A DNA stretch of 63,617 nucleotides from Macrostomum lignano (lineage: Eukaryota): positions 1 to 63,617 of the forward strand of contig NIVC01004035.1 of NCBI GenBank assembly GCA_002269645.1, in the 5' to 3' direction. Made by a program: the position numbers and the translations under genes. Shown here one piece after another: positions 48,114 to 59,895 of the stretch. The notes under the pieces are model-generated. The model worked only from the letters and a program-made list of their open reading frames with translations. It was not told where the DNA came from and did not search any database. The stretch's first letter is position 1, and each line of letters starts with the position of its first letter.

Positions 48114-48474
48114 TGTAGTGGTTTATCGTCTAAATAATCAGTTATAGTGGAGCCAGTGACTACTCAAACAAGTAATTTAAGTTGTCCTTGGCATGGTATA
48201 GAGCTACGTGTAATAACTGAAATCATAAATGCAAGCGTGCATTTAACGATATGGGCTGCCAGGTGCAGTATTTTAAGGGTACCCAAATATACTTATTTAC
48301 TCCGCATAGTTACACTTAGGTGTATATGGATTACATTTAGTAGGCACTTGTGGTATCCCCAGACTGACTGTTCATTTTCATTTAACTATGTTTGTACCAT
48401 AGAGTATTTTATTCTTTATATTACACGCGACCGCCAAGAGAAACTTCAGATTGCTTGGCCACACGAACACCACA
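48114..48474 (+). repeat. 5' LTR of a Gypsy-type retrotransposon
   Basis: TGTAGTG...CACCACA termini, immediately followed by a PBS. Confidence 0.65.
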
Positions 48475-48475
48475 T

Positions 48476-48489
48476 TGGTGGCAGCGGTG
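48476..48489 (+). promoter_or_regulatory. Primer binding site TGGTGGCAGCGGTG (complement of the tRNA-Leu AAG/UAG 3' end)
   Basis: Complementary to ...CACCGCUGCCACCA; 1 nt after the LTR-terminal CA. Confidence 0.8.
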
Positions 48490-48519
48490 AAAAGAGAAAA
48501 GCTACATGTACGCTCGCAA

Positions 48520-49115
48520 GTAGAGGATGTACTATTAAGAAAATACTGTACAGGATTGCCTCAGCACAGTTCTACAGCATTGAGCATTTCGATCCAGACG
48601 AAGATCCGCTCAACAATGCAGATAAGTGGAACGACTATGTGCAGGAAGTCGAGCTGTCATGGAAGTGCAAGTATAATAATAGCTGACAAAAAGAAGCAAG
48701 CAACATTATTGCTTCTAGCAGGGCCGAAAATCCGAAAGTTGTTGCAGACTGTAAGCTATGAACAGGCTACGAGGCAACGAAGGAAGCGCTCAGTTCTCTA
48801 TTCCAAGGTGCAACCAACAGCGTCCACGAGACTTACAAGCTGCTGTCCCCTGCAGTTAGCCAGATAGAGAAAGAACCATTTGATTCCTTCTACAGTCGTC
48901 TAAAAAGTGCAGCAAAGTCCTGTGATTTGCACGTCGAGTACAAGCCTGAAGGAAATGAGAGCACAGTGAAGCTCAGCTTCGAGGATCGTCTGCTACGCGA
49001 TCTGATAGTCCTAAAGAGCACGTCAAAGCCGCTAAGGACTCTGCTGCTAAAGGAAAGCTCTGACCTCACCTTAAAGAAGGCAGTAGAAATCAGCAAGAAT
49101 TTCGAAGCAAAGTAG
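48520..49115 (+). pseudogene. Gypsy-type gag fragment, frameshifted and truncated
   Basis: FDPD...KWNDYVQEVEL, ATLLLLAGPKI, EPFDSFYSRLKSAAKSCD, LRDLIVL...LLLKESSDLTLKKAVEI. Confidence 0.75.
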
Positions 49116-49491
49116 AAGGCATGAGGGGGCTTTTGGGACAAAATTTTTCACATCCTCCATAATCCCATTAAATCCATCCATATTATCCCCGACAGAATCA
49201 GAAAAAAGGGGGGTCGCACTCGCTCACAAAACGTCCTCCATAATCCCATTAAATCCATCCATATTATCCCTGACAGAATCAGAGCATAACAGGTGTCCTA
49301 CTGTTATGCTCTGAGGGTTTATGCTCTGAGCATAACAGCTCCAAATCCACCCATAACATTTCTAAAACAATCAGAAAATAATCTGCATTCTTCTCCCCAC
49401 ATTCAATCCGCAACGTGCTACCACATCCCTAAGACTTTAAATCATCAGCGCAGGGTCCTCACCCTTTAAAAAAATTAAATTCTCAATAAAA

Positions 49492-49731
49492 ATGTTTCCA
49501 GTTGTCTCTCCAGGTTCCTATTATACTCAGCCTCATCCATTGTACAAATCCAAGTACCGATGCAAACTAGAATGCAGCGAGTACATGAGAAAATATTGGC
49601 CCGATGTTGATATCAATGTCCCTAATATTAATCTAGCTCTCCAAAGACACTGGTTTCATAAGTATGGAGTAACCTATGTAAAAGATTACGACAGCTACTA
49701 TAACTTTGCAGAAATCATTAGAAAATTGTAA
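49492..49731 (+). CDS. Small hypothetical protein of the Polinton (79 aa)
   Basis: ATG ORF converging on the penton stop; no recognisable motif. Confidence 0.35.
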   Translation: MFPVVSPGSYYTQPHPLYKSKYRCKLECSEYMRKYWPDVDINVPNINLALQRHWFHKYGVTYVKDYDSYYNFAEIIRKL

Positions 49732-49738
49732 TTTTTTC

Positions 49739-50330
49739 TTACATTCTTTCAATGATTAACGTCAATACAAACTCTTCCCCATTAAAATCAACGCCCATCC
49801 CATCTTCAGTCTCAAACTGTAGCACAATCTCGTGAATCTCTTTATTACTCAATACAACTCTTTTCACTGGATTTGGTTTCTCTACCACCATCTGTCCTCC
49901 AGCAACAGAGTTGGAGATGTTGTACAAAATATTCGTTCGCTTTCCCTTAAATACCCAATCAAGACTGAGATTGCTTCTGATTAGAATATTCAAACCCTTT
50001 ACAATGTCTGCAATATTGGGTGCTAAGAACAAACCGCTTACACTTTCCCGGACCATTCTAACAGTCCCCGATGCTTGAGTGGCGGTCTGCGCCGCGGATT
50101 CTGCCTTATAAACTTTCTTCTCGAATCCTAGTTCCCTATACCAAGTGTCATCTTTAAACTCAACCTCCGCATTTTTGTGAACTTGCATGACCACTCTCAT
50201 TACAGTGAGATCATAGGTTAGTTTGACAGGGAACAGTTTCTTCTCTGGCTTACTCGCATCAGGTGTCTCGAAATATAAGCCGAAACATTAAATTCTGCAT
50301 TATCTAATAATAAATCAGCACATGGACAAA
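49739..50330 (-). pseudogene. Minor capsid (penton-like) protein, 5' end damaged
   Basis: WYRELGF, VRESVSGLFLAP, VEKPNPVKRV...IHEIVLQFETEDGMGVDFNGEEFVLTLII fits the Polinton penton C-terminal pattern. Confidence 0.65.
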
Positions 50331-50419
50331 CTCATCTAAATTAAATATCAGCAAAGCTGGTTTGAAGATTGTGTCTGTCACTTTTTATTTAGAAGAATGA
50401 GTAAATAGCATATCATAAT

Positions 50420-50723
50420 TAATGAATTGATAATTGATTACCAATGGGCAGATGTGCAACCGACAGCTCAGCCGCAGCTATTGCGCAGCTCATCTGAAGG
50501 CTGCTACGGCTGTTCAGTCCAAGGACTGGGGGGGGGGGGTCGCCATACACACACCCTCACTTACTCCAGCTAATGCTGGTACCCATTTTACAGCTGGGTG
50601 AACTGAAGAAATGCGGAGTAAAGTTCCTTGCTCAAGGACACAAATTGTTGCAGTGGGATCGGGAATCGAACCCCCGACCTTCAAGTCGTGAGTCCGACGC
50701 CCTAACCACTAGGCTACAACCCC
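50420..50723 (-). mobile_element. tRNA-derived SINE with CORE/Deu(Nin)-like central domain
   Basis: A box TAGCCTAGTGG, B box GGTTCGATTCC, then TGTGTCCTTGAGCAAGGAACTTTAC...CACCCAGCTGTAAAATGGGTACC and an AT-rich tail. Confidence 0.82.
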
Positions 50724-50949
50724 TACAGCAGGTGGGGTTGTAGTATATCATAAATAACATGTCACACACAGCTGGTACCAGAATAGGAAAAATTTCAACG
50801 CGTTAGCCTTTTCTGGCCAATCGAACGCAAGCTAGAGCGTGCGTAAAATACAAAAATATTTATATATAAAATATACAAAATAAACAAAATATACAAAAAT
50901 ATACAAAATATACAGAATATACAAAAATATTTAACAAAAAAAAATAACT

Positions 50950-51555
50950 GCTCTTGCAATAGGAAAAAATGCCAACGCGTTGGCTTTTTCTGACCAATCC
51001 GAAGCAGGCTAGCGCTTTCTATAAAAAATTCTTTCTTTTGCTCTTGCAATAGGAAAAAATGCCAACGCGTTGGTTTTTTCTGACCAATCCGAAGCAGGCT
51101 AGCGCTTTCTATAAAAAAATTCTTTCTTTTGCTCTTGCAATAGGAAAAAATGCCAACGCGTTGGTTTTTTCTGACCAATCCGAAGCAGGCTAGCGCTTTC
51201 TATAAAAAATTCTTTCTTTTGCTTTTGCAATAGGAAAAAATGCCAACGCGTTGGCTTTTTCTGACCAATCCGAAGCAGGCTAGCGCTTTCTATAAAAAAT
51301 TCTTTCTTTTGCTCTTGCAATAGGAAAAAATGCCAACGCGTTGGCTTTTTCTGACCAATCCGAAGCAGGCTAGCGCTTTCTATAAAAAATTCTTTCTTTT
51401 GCTCTTGCAATAGGAAAAAATGCCAACGCGTTGGTTTTTTCTGACCAATCCGAAGCAGGCTAGCGCTTTCTATAAAAAAATTCTTTCTTTTGCTCTTGCA
51501 ATAGGAAAAAATGCCAACGCGTTGGTTTTTTCTGACCAATCCGAAGCAGGCTAGA
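50950..51555. repeat. Tandem array of 90-91 bp, 7 units, plus a diverged partial unit at about 50780-50845
   Basis: Units start at 50950, 51040, 51131, 51221, 51311, 51401 and 51492; each contains the palindrome CCAACGCGTTGG and a CCAAT. Confidence 0.93.
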
Positions 51556-51564
51556 GTGTCTTTT

Positions 51565-52248
51565 TCAAACAAGTTGCTTCCATGACTGATCATCCTCAAG
51601 GATTTCAACTAATATTGACATATTAGCATTCAGATCACGAAGCGGCAGGGAGACTTGCTTAAGACCAGGGTATTCACTTTCCAGCTTGAATAACTTCATA
51701 TAAAGATTGGCCGACGAAACCTTGAGGTTTACTTTATCGAGAAGATAGTCAAAATTCTGTTTTCGGGCCTTTCTATCGTAGTTTTTGTTACCGGTTTTAA
51801 ATGTCAACAAAATTTTTCCACATTGGATCGCATGAAGCAGACCACTCTTCTGCGACCTTTTCAGACGAAGCAGAGCGCACTGCAGACGCTTTACCACATC
51901 ACCGCCTTCATCATCGGAAGGTATCCCAACATCCGCTTGGGGAATTCGTGAGGCGGTGAGCTTCTGTTTGAAGTCTTCTTTGCGCTTAGCTCGCCGCTCT
52001 GCATTAAGCGCCGCCATGCGATCACTCGCCTCCTTCTTCTGCTGCCGCGTTAGAGTTAGCACTTCCATTTGCAGCGAATCTTCCTTGAGCCCGAAAAAGC
52101 TGGCGATCTTTTGTCTTTTCTCCGCAGCTCTAACTGGATCCTTGATTTCTGCTAAAGTCTCAGATAAGACCTCGCATAGTCTCCGTTTCGCTGTTTCGCC
52201 AGACAGGTTTAAACACCAATCGACATCCATAGATGAACTAGAAGCCAT
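51565..52248 (-). CDS. Polinton accessory protein, DUF3102-like helical domain
   Basis: LLHAIQCGKILLTFK...FDYLLDKVNLKVSSANLYMKLF resembles the DUF3102 pattern (recognised by eye). Confidence 0.5.
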   Translation of the reverse strand: MASSSSMDVDWCLNLSGETAKRRLCEVLSETLAEIKDPVRAAEKRQKIASFFGLKEDSLQMEVLTLTRQQKKEASDRMAALNAERRAKRKEDFKQKLTASRIPQADVGIPSDDEGGDVVKRLQCALLRLKRSQKSGLLHAIQCGKILLTFKTGNKNYDRKARKQNFDYLLDKVNLKVSSANLYMKLFKLESEYPGLKQVSLPLRDLNANMSILVEILEDDQSWKQLV

Positions 52249-52636
52249 TACGGTTTCGGTCGAGCAGCAGAAGCGTAAAGTAGTTGCACATAAAAAACTA
52301 TAATCTGTCGCTTCTGTTTCTCAGTGCACAATGCGTGTGAAGATATAGAGAGCTAAAAATCGTTTTCAAATGTACATGCGCTCGTATCTACGCGAAATTT
52401 CTGTTACTAGCTGTTGCGTTCGATCGATTAAGCCACCCACCCGCTGCTCTACACAAGCACCTAACACCAGCAAAGCGAGCTAAGACTCCCAAGCTCACTC
52501 TTTCCTTTCCTAAGATTGTATGGACAAAATTCCTAGCAATACATTCGCAAAAATCGATTTCTCAATTTTTAAAAATGCAGCTGCTGCGCTTGGCCAGGGC
52601 TGAGAATAATACGCTCGTAGTTAAACCCTTCCCGAC

Positions 52637-53137
52637 TCAAACGTCTCTCTCTACCCCCAGCTCTTTCAGCAGTCTTCCTAGTACCTTGTGAGGTGCGCAC
52701 AAAATAAACCCGGCTCCCGTGCGTTCGCCCTCTCTCCCCGTGCACTCGCCCTCTCTCCCCAAACACCCGCCCTCGGCGTACACCCCCAACCCCAGTTTTG
52801 TCTTACTAAAAATAACAGCTTTAACTAGCTTCCGAGCGATCGACTCACGAAATCCGCTTGAAGCCCCTATATTGTCTAGTCTCCTAAGCATTTCTTTGTC
52901 CCAGCGATTCTTCTCCTCAGGAAAATCCCTATATTTAACATCGTGCCACATGCAGACAGAGTCTAGCTCGTTCACAGGCTCGTGCCCAGGATTTGGATTA
53001 TTGTTTTTATCCAACTGAATTTCAAGTGGATTCAAAGGTCCGCAATATTAGTACCCGGGAACTGTCCAGCCTTTGTTTGGATGAGGAAGCTTTTCTATCA
53101 GTCCATGTGAATCTATTTTACCACCAGAGCGCTGCAT
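52637..53137 (-). pseudogene. Parvovirus-type phospholipase A2 protein (PLA2X-like) with one in-frame stop
   Basis: MQRSGGKIDSH...VPGY*YCGPLNPL...PVNELDSVCMWHDVKY...DKEML...KTKLGLG (YxGP Ca loop, HDxxY). Confidence 0.82.
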
Positions 53138-53167
53138 TATTTTATTTAAAATTTTCTTTTTAAATAA

Positions 53168-54205
53168 ATGACAGATCAGAAACTTAAAAAACTCTACTAC
53201 AGCGACAAAGGATTCTTTGTAGGCAAAAATGCCGTTAGTAAACTCATGGAGCTGAGTAAGGAACCAAAAGCTACAGTAGAAAAATGGCTCTCTAAGCAGG
53301 CTGTCTTTCAAGTCTATTTCCCACCAGTAAAATTTGAAAGACCTCATTTTAACATCTATAAACCTAACGAGGCGCACCAAGCAGATCTTTTGTTTCTCCC
53401 CAACGACTCAGGCTACAAGTATGCTCTTACAATTACAGACGTTGCCTCCAGATATAAGGAAGCGAGACCGCTTAAGACGAAAAAGTCAGAGGTTGTTGCC
53501 AGCGCACTTCAAGAGATCTATGAAACCTCTCCTCTAACCTATCCAGAAATCTTTATGACCGACCCGGGTAAGGAATTCATGGGTGCAGTGAAATCCCTTA
53601 TGGAAAAGCACAATACAGAGATTCGCTACGGAAGAACAAACTTGCACAGGGATCAAGCGTACGTTGAGAGATTCAATCTAACTCTAGCCAAGAGACTATT
53701 CACTAAGCAGACAGCTGAAGAGCTGAAACTAAAAAGTGGTCAGTACTATACCAAGTGGACAGAAAGACTCCCCACTGTTATAGAGCAACTGAACAATGAA
53801 GTCACACGCATGACTGGATTGAAACCATCCCATGCAATTAAACAAGACACTGTCGAACTTAAGGCATCTCATAGAACAGACAACAACACGACAACCCCAC
53901 ACAACACGCACAACACAAAACACACCTCGAACTACCCTAAGCTTCCAGGAGTTGAATCACCATACATACTGACAAACTCTGAGTTTCTACGCTTTTTATA
54001 TCTACCTGGAGAGCTAGAGAAAGACACCAAAAGAAGAGCTACAGATCCATACTTCAGCCTTGATGTGCATAAAATAGACAGACATTTTACCTCCGACTCC
54101 GGTGACTATTACTTTTTATCTCAAGCCTTTAACCCTAAATCCCCCACGCGGTCATTCACTAGAGCTGAACTCCTAGTGATACCAGCTGACACAGAAATTA
54201 ATTAA
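53168..54205 (+). CDS. Retroviral-type (rve) integrase of the Polinton
   Basis: HQADLL (D), TITDVASRY, MTDPGKEF (D), YVERFNLTL (E); intact 345-aa ORF. Confidence 0.93.
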   Translation: MTDQKLKKLYYSDKGFFVGKNAVSKLMELSKEPKATVEKWLSKQAVFQVYFPPVKFERPHFNIYKPNEAHQADLLFLPNDSGYKYALTITDVASRYKEARPLKTKKSEVVASALQEIYETSPLTYPEIFMTDPGKEFMGAVKSLMEKHNTEIRYGRTNLHRDQAYVERFNLTLAKRLFTKQTAEELKLKSGQYYTKWTERLPTVIEQLNNEVTRMTGLKPSHAIKQDTVELKASHRTDNNTTTPHNTHNTKHTSNYPKLPGVESPYILTNSEFLRFLYLPGELEKDTKRRATDPYFSLDVHKIDRHFTSDSGDYYFLSQAFNPKSPTRSFTRAELLVIPADTEIN

Positions 54206-54221
54206 AATATTAAAATAAAAA

Positions 54222-54668
54222 ATGACAAAGATTGAAACCAGAACCATCAATAAACTCAATAAAATCATTGAATCAAAGAAACCAGGTCTTATATCAATTA
54301 AAGGTGTCAAAGTAAAAATCGATCCCACGCAGCAAATACTTCAGTGTAATGAGCAAAGACACAGCATCACAGATGAAAAGTCAGGAGGAATCCTACCATT
54401 AGCAGCTCTTATTCCGATCATTGCAGGCGCTGTAAGTGCCGCAGGTGGTGTAGCTGGAGGTGTAGCAACTGCTGTTAAAGCTGGTAATGATAGAGCCCAC
54501 CAGCTTGAATTGCAAAAGATTGCAAGAGACAAAGGTATAACAATTAAGGCAGGAGAGGGCTGCCCCGATCGTGATGATTGTGAGCATGAAAATTCTGTAA
54601 GCAAGTCTGACATTGTCAAAGCTATCATGACACTGCACAATGCTGGGTTTACAATAATGCGGATGTGA
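54222..54668 (+). CDS. Core/membrane-active protein resembling adenovirus pX (pre-mu)
   Basis: KSGG|ILPLAALIPIIAGAVSAAGGVAGGVATAV resembles the pX C-terminal GG|ILPLLIPLIAAAIGAVPG segment. Confidence 0.65.
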   Translation: MTKIETRTINKLNKIIESKKPGLISIKGVKVKIDPTQQILQCNEQRHSITDEKSGGILPLAALIPIIAGAVSAAGGVAGGVATAVKAGNDRAHQLELQKIARDKGITIKAGEGCPDRDDCEHENSVSKSDIVKAIMTLHNAGFTIMRM

Positions 54669-54794
54669 TGAGGTTTAAAACCCCACTTTATCCAGCTTCA
54701 TAAACCTAGCGATACTTATAGGATGTAGAAACAGTTCAACTTTTCTATCAGGGTGGTCACCCTCAAAGTTTTTTTTTTATTTTAGAGAAAAAAA

Positions 54795-57700
54795 ATGCCA
54801 AAAGCTAATCCAGCAAGAGATTTAGTCAACAAATATTTTTCAAAAGGCGTCTCATTTCAAGACAAAAGTAATTCACTAAGAGAAGCATGTAAACAAAAGT
54901 TTAACACCGACCCTGGTCACCTGGGAAGCTATGAAAAACAGTTGGAAATCATCAAACAATTAGAATCCAACCAGTATGCGCCTATAAAAAATTCTGCAAA
55001 GGAACACCAAGAGAGGAGTCGCAACTTAGTTAACAAATACGAAACTCTCACTGGTGAAAAAGCAAAGTACCCACAAAATAAGCAGGAACAAGAGAAATTA
55101 GAGCAATTAATCCATTTAAAAGAGTCGGAGCTTGCCATTGAAGAGATTAATTTTGCACAGAGGAAGTTTACAGAACATTACATAGAGTACACAATCCCAA
55201 TTAACGGCACCAACGGCACCACCGCAAACATCTACGACTATAAAGACAGCATCCAATCAGTTGTTGATCACACACTCAAAACACGCAAGACCTTTAAACT
55301 ACAGATATCATTCAAATTGCGTTTTATATGCCTGCGAAACCCACTGAGCATCTCGAGTATTACATGACAACAAAGGCAAAGCCATTCACCCCAACAGACA
55401 CACTGGATCCTTTCCTTCAAGATGTCAATAAGAAAATTGAAGCGTTTACATCCAGAGGTTCCGGATGGGTCGTGGGAGGGATTCAAAGAGCGACTGTCAT
55501 GGTCATGAAATATGACCCACTTAAAGCCTCTCTTATATAGAGCTCCCGCATAAGCTAGCCGGCAAAAAAGCTTGCATAAATGTTAAAAATAAAGACAATT
55601 GCTGTGCTCTATGGGCAGTTCTTTCTGCACTTTTTAGTGTCCCTCACCACCCCGAAAGAACCTCAAATTATCAAAATTATTTCAACTACTATCTCATCGA
55701 ATGCGAAAAGAAGGGAATCAGGTTTGACAAAGGAGGCTTGGCGATCTCTCAGATCCCAAAGCTGAAGAAGTGTTTAATAACAAAATTAGAATCACAGTCT
55801 TTGAGTGGAGTGAAAAAACGGAGAAAGTTCAACCGGTCAGATGTAGCAAAGACGTTTTAGATCCTGAGGGGAAAAGGCGGACTGAAGTGGATCTTCTAGT
55901 GATTGGTAATTTACTAGAGGAGGCTCACTATGTTTGGATTAAAGATCTTTCAAGACTCATTCACAAGCAGTTGAATAATCATCACGAGGATGTTGCCATC
56001 TGCCGCTTGTGCCTTAAGCATTACAGTGGACCTGAACGCTTTGAAAAACTAGCAGAGCATGAATTATCATGCGAGGATCACCCGACAAACTGCTCTCTTC
56101 CTTCAGCTGAAGAGAAGTATCTCCGGTTTAAGAACTATCACAAGATGGAGAAGCTCCCATTTGTTGTATATGCTGATTTCGAATGCTCAATCGTGCCGGA
56201 AACTCAAAAACAAACTCAAACTCAAAAACATGTCCCCAATTCAGTAGCATATGCCTTTATTAATACAAAAGGACTTGTTGAGTATAATTATTTCTTTGGA
56301 GAGCAGTGTGTGGAGCAGTTTATTGCCAGAATGTTAGAGTTGCAAAAATTGATTAGCACCCTTCAACCTGTTCCAATAAGTATGTCTGAGGAGGATGAAA
56401 GTAATTTCCTATCAGCAACTCATTGCCACATCTGCAGGAAACATTTAACTTGCACTAATATTAAAAACCCCACCGTTAGGGACCACTGCCACTTTACTGG
56501 GAAATTTAGAGGTGCAGCGCATAACACCTGTAATCTAAAGCTAAAATCGAACATTCATGATCTAACGATATTTTGTCACAACGCAAAGAACTATGACATG
56601 CATTTAATAGTTGAAAAAATCGGCATGATTCCAGACATACACCTTGATTGCATCGCAGAGAACAAGGAGAAGTTTAAGTGTGTTGATATTAAACAGGATA
56701 ATTCGGGTAAAGGTAAAATAAGACTGAAGGATTCATATCAATTTCTAGCTGCCAGTCTAGACGAACTAAGCAAGAATCTAAAAGATGAACAATGTACATA
56801 TACAAAGATGTTTGCAAGTAAAATTAACAACACTGATGAATCATTTAAACTCCTGAGAACCAAAGGCTTCTACCCCTATGAAAATATTACTGGGTATCAC
56901 GTATTTGAAGAAGGTTTACCACCACAGGAGAAGTTCTTTTCAAAGCTAACAGACTCTGGAATCTCTGACAAAGACTATGAGCACGCGAAGCATGTCTATA
57001 GTTACTTTAATTGTCAAAACTTCTTCCAGTATCACCTGCTTTACCTCTTCACAGATGTGTTTCTGCTGGCTGATGTGTTTGAAACCTTCAGATATACCTG
57101 GTACACAGCATATGGCCTCGATCCAGCACATTATGTGTCTCTGCCTGCCACTAGCTGGGAATCTTTGCTTAAAATGAAATGGGATCAAGATCCAGATTGG
57201 TACATTGAACTTCTTACAGACATTGACATGTACAATTTTGTCGAATCGTCAAAGCGAGGGGGATCTCAATTTGCGTTAACAGGTATGCAAAAGCAAACAA
57301 TCCCTACATTGAATCTTACAATAAGGAGCAGCCCTCAAACTACATTACTTACTTGGACGCTAATAATCTCTACGGGTGGGCGATGAGTCAAGATCTTCCA
57401 GTTAGAGATTTTCGATGGCTACCCTCATCAGAACTAAAGTGGGACTTTTCATTGGCTGCCATTTATGAGGTTGATGTTTACATTCCACCAGAGCTTCACG
57501 ACTATTTCTCTGACTTTCCACCCTTCCCAGAGAACATCAAGTGCCCGAAAATAATCGAAACTCCCAATGATAATAATGGAACTTGGCACCTGTCAGGAAC
57601 AGAAAAAGAACATACAGAGAAACTAACACAGAATCTAAACAACAAGACACGTTACAAAATCCATTACAAACTGCTTCAGTATTTTATCTCACTTGGTTGC

Positions 57701-58628
57701 AGGGTCACCAAAGTTCACAGGGCTCTTACATTTACAGAGGAAGCGTGGATGAAACCCTACATTGATAAGAACACCCAGTTTAGGACCAAAGCAACCAACG
57801 ACTTTGACAAGAACCTCTTTAAGTTGGCCAACAACTCTGTCTATGGCAAGACTCTTGAGAATGAGCGGAAAAGAACAAACCTGAAACTTGTTACCTCATC
57901 AGAGCCTGCTGTTATTCAGGCAAATATGTCAAAGCCAACATTCAAAGAACTCCATATCTTTAATAGCTACTTAGGTGTGATCATATTTTACAAAACCAAG
58001 GTGACGTTGCGCAAGCCGATCTATACAGGTGTCACTGTTCTCGACGAATCAAAACGTTTGATGTACCAGTTCTTCTATGGCATGAAGCAGCAGTACAAGG
58101 ATAAAATGAAACTCTTGTACACTGACACAGACAGTTTTATTATGGACATTCAAACAGAGGACATTTATCAGGACATGCTGCAGCAAAAAGATTTGTTTGA
58201 CTTGTCTGAGTATGATGAATTTTGTAGGACACAGAATGGCGATCAAATGTTTGACGCCACTAACAAGAAAGTGATTGGGAAAATGAAGGACGAGATTGCT
58301 GGTGACCTAATCACTGAATTCATTGGGTTGAGAGCAAAGTCCTATTTTATAAAATGTGAGTCGTCAGACCCAAAAAAAATCAAAGGGAATTCCGAAACGT
58401 GTGGTTAGGAAGGAAATTAATGAAGCTGAATACAGAGACGCCTTGAATTGCAACAAAAAGACATCACATGAGTTCTCAAAGCTACAATCTAAAAACCATA
58501 TTATTCACACAATTCAGCAAAAGAAGATTGGACTGTCAGGTGCAGATAACAAGAGATTCATTTTTGATGACAATATCAACAGTCTACCGTTCGGGCATTG
58601 GAGATTAGGTTTAGGAGGTTGGGTTTAG
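54795..58628 (+). pseudogene. Protein-primed DNA polymerase B with endonuclease VII-like insert; at least 5 frameshifts
   Basis: SRGSGW, VYADFEC (ExoI), CHIC...VRDHCH...GAAHNTCN (EndoVII), YDMHLI (ExoII), KGFYPYE, DVFLLADVFE (ExoIII), DANNLYGWAM, KLANNSVYGK, YTDTDS. Confidence 0.93.
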
Positions 58629-58680
58629 GAGGTGGAGTTGGGTTTAGGTTTAAGAGAAAGTTTAATAAACCTCATAAAAA

Positions 58681-59086
58681 ATGACAACAAATAACTTTCT
58701 TGAAGATTTGGCTAACGAACTGGAAATCCCAAACTTTAGAGGAATATTTATGAGGGACACTCTGCCTGATTTTCCTCTAAGAAAAGAATGCGGCATCATG
58801 AACTTTGACACACCGATAAGCCAGGATCTCATTGGGTTTGCTGGGTGATTGATCCCGATCGCAAGCACAAGTGTTATTACTTCGATAGCTATGGGACGGC
58901 AGTACCAGAAGAGCTAAGAAATTATATGAAGGGAAAAATAATAAAAAAATTTATCGCTCAGACTTTATTCTCCAAGGTCTTAGCAGTGATATTTGCGGTG
59001 AGCTGTGCATGACTGTTTTGTATGCAATGACCAAAACACGAAAGACCTACAAGGAAATTATTCTTGGCTTTCCCGGTGTTTCATAA
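58681..59086 (+). pseudogene. Adenain-like cysteine protease, frameshifted
   Basis: FRGIFMRDTLP, CGIMNFD...SHWV, YYFDSYG, LQGLSSDICGELC. Confidence 0.85.
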
Positions 59087-59090
59087 GGGT

Positions 59091-59803
59091 TCATTGTGCA
59101 TTCCTCGTTGTACTTCTCGTTGTCCTTCTTTCCACATAATGTTGAAGAACTTTCTCGAGTTCATTTCTCAGCTGACTCATGTCATCAGTACCGACCATGT
59201 TCAAGTTCATTCGAATTGATTGTTCATAAAGATCCTGAATGGTTTTGAACTCATCCTCTGAAATGAACTTATCCTCGATTGCCCTTGAAATGTACCCTAT
59301 GATTGAAGTGTGCACCCCTTTCTCTTTTACTTGCTTCTCCTGTAGCTGCTTTAGTTTTTTTCGCCTGTTTCGCGCTAATGCTCCAGTAATTGCTGAAATA
59401 AGTCCACATGCAGCACCACAGAGCCGAGCGGGATTGCGATTGGGGCTGTGATGACTGGCAACACTGAGACAGCTGCAGCAGATCCAGATAGAACAGACAC
59501 AGATCCTAGAATCATATTGCTGTAGTCGAAAAATTTACAGTGGTTGTCATAGCGCTTAATTTTCTTTGTGTTGTGGAAAATATTTTTTTCAAGATCATCG
59601 CGCATTTTTTGAATCTCCACCAGTCGAAACTGCTGAGAGTTACAAGTAATGACGGGGTAGAGTTTTTGTTGCTCATATTGAGGTGCATTCAGATTCGGTG
59701 CCAGGCTTTGTGTGTTCGAATTCGGTGCCATTGGGTTTGGTGCTGTCGGTATTTTAGGTTCAACGTATTGAGACTGATCGTATAGAGAATTTTGTTGGGC
59801 CAT
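59091..59803 (-). pseudogene. Polinton membrane protein (adintovirus GasderminX-like), one frameshift
   Basis: LYPV...FRLVEIQ, a two-helix hydrophobic hairpin, then IIGYISRAIEDKFISEDEF. Confidence 0.6.
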
Positions 59804-59895
59804 TTTTTTCTCTAGAAAAAATAAAAAAAATTATAAAACTATCCGGTTGAAAGATCTGTTTTCTTTTTGATAATTCCATCTGCACCGCCGGTTGT

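Noticed and set aside
50645-50723. Apparent tRNA gene (CAC anticodon loop)
   Set aside because: Poor anticodon and acceptor stems, and continuous with a SINE core and tail; treated as a SINE head.
50795-51608. ORFs with repeated FFIESASLLRIGQKK
   Set aside because: Translation of the 90-bp array.
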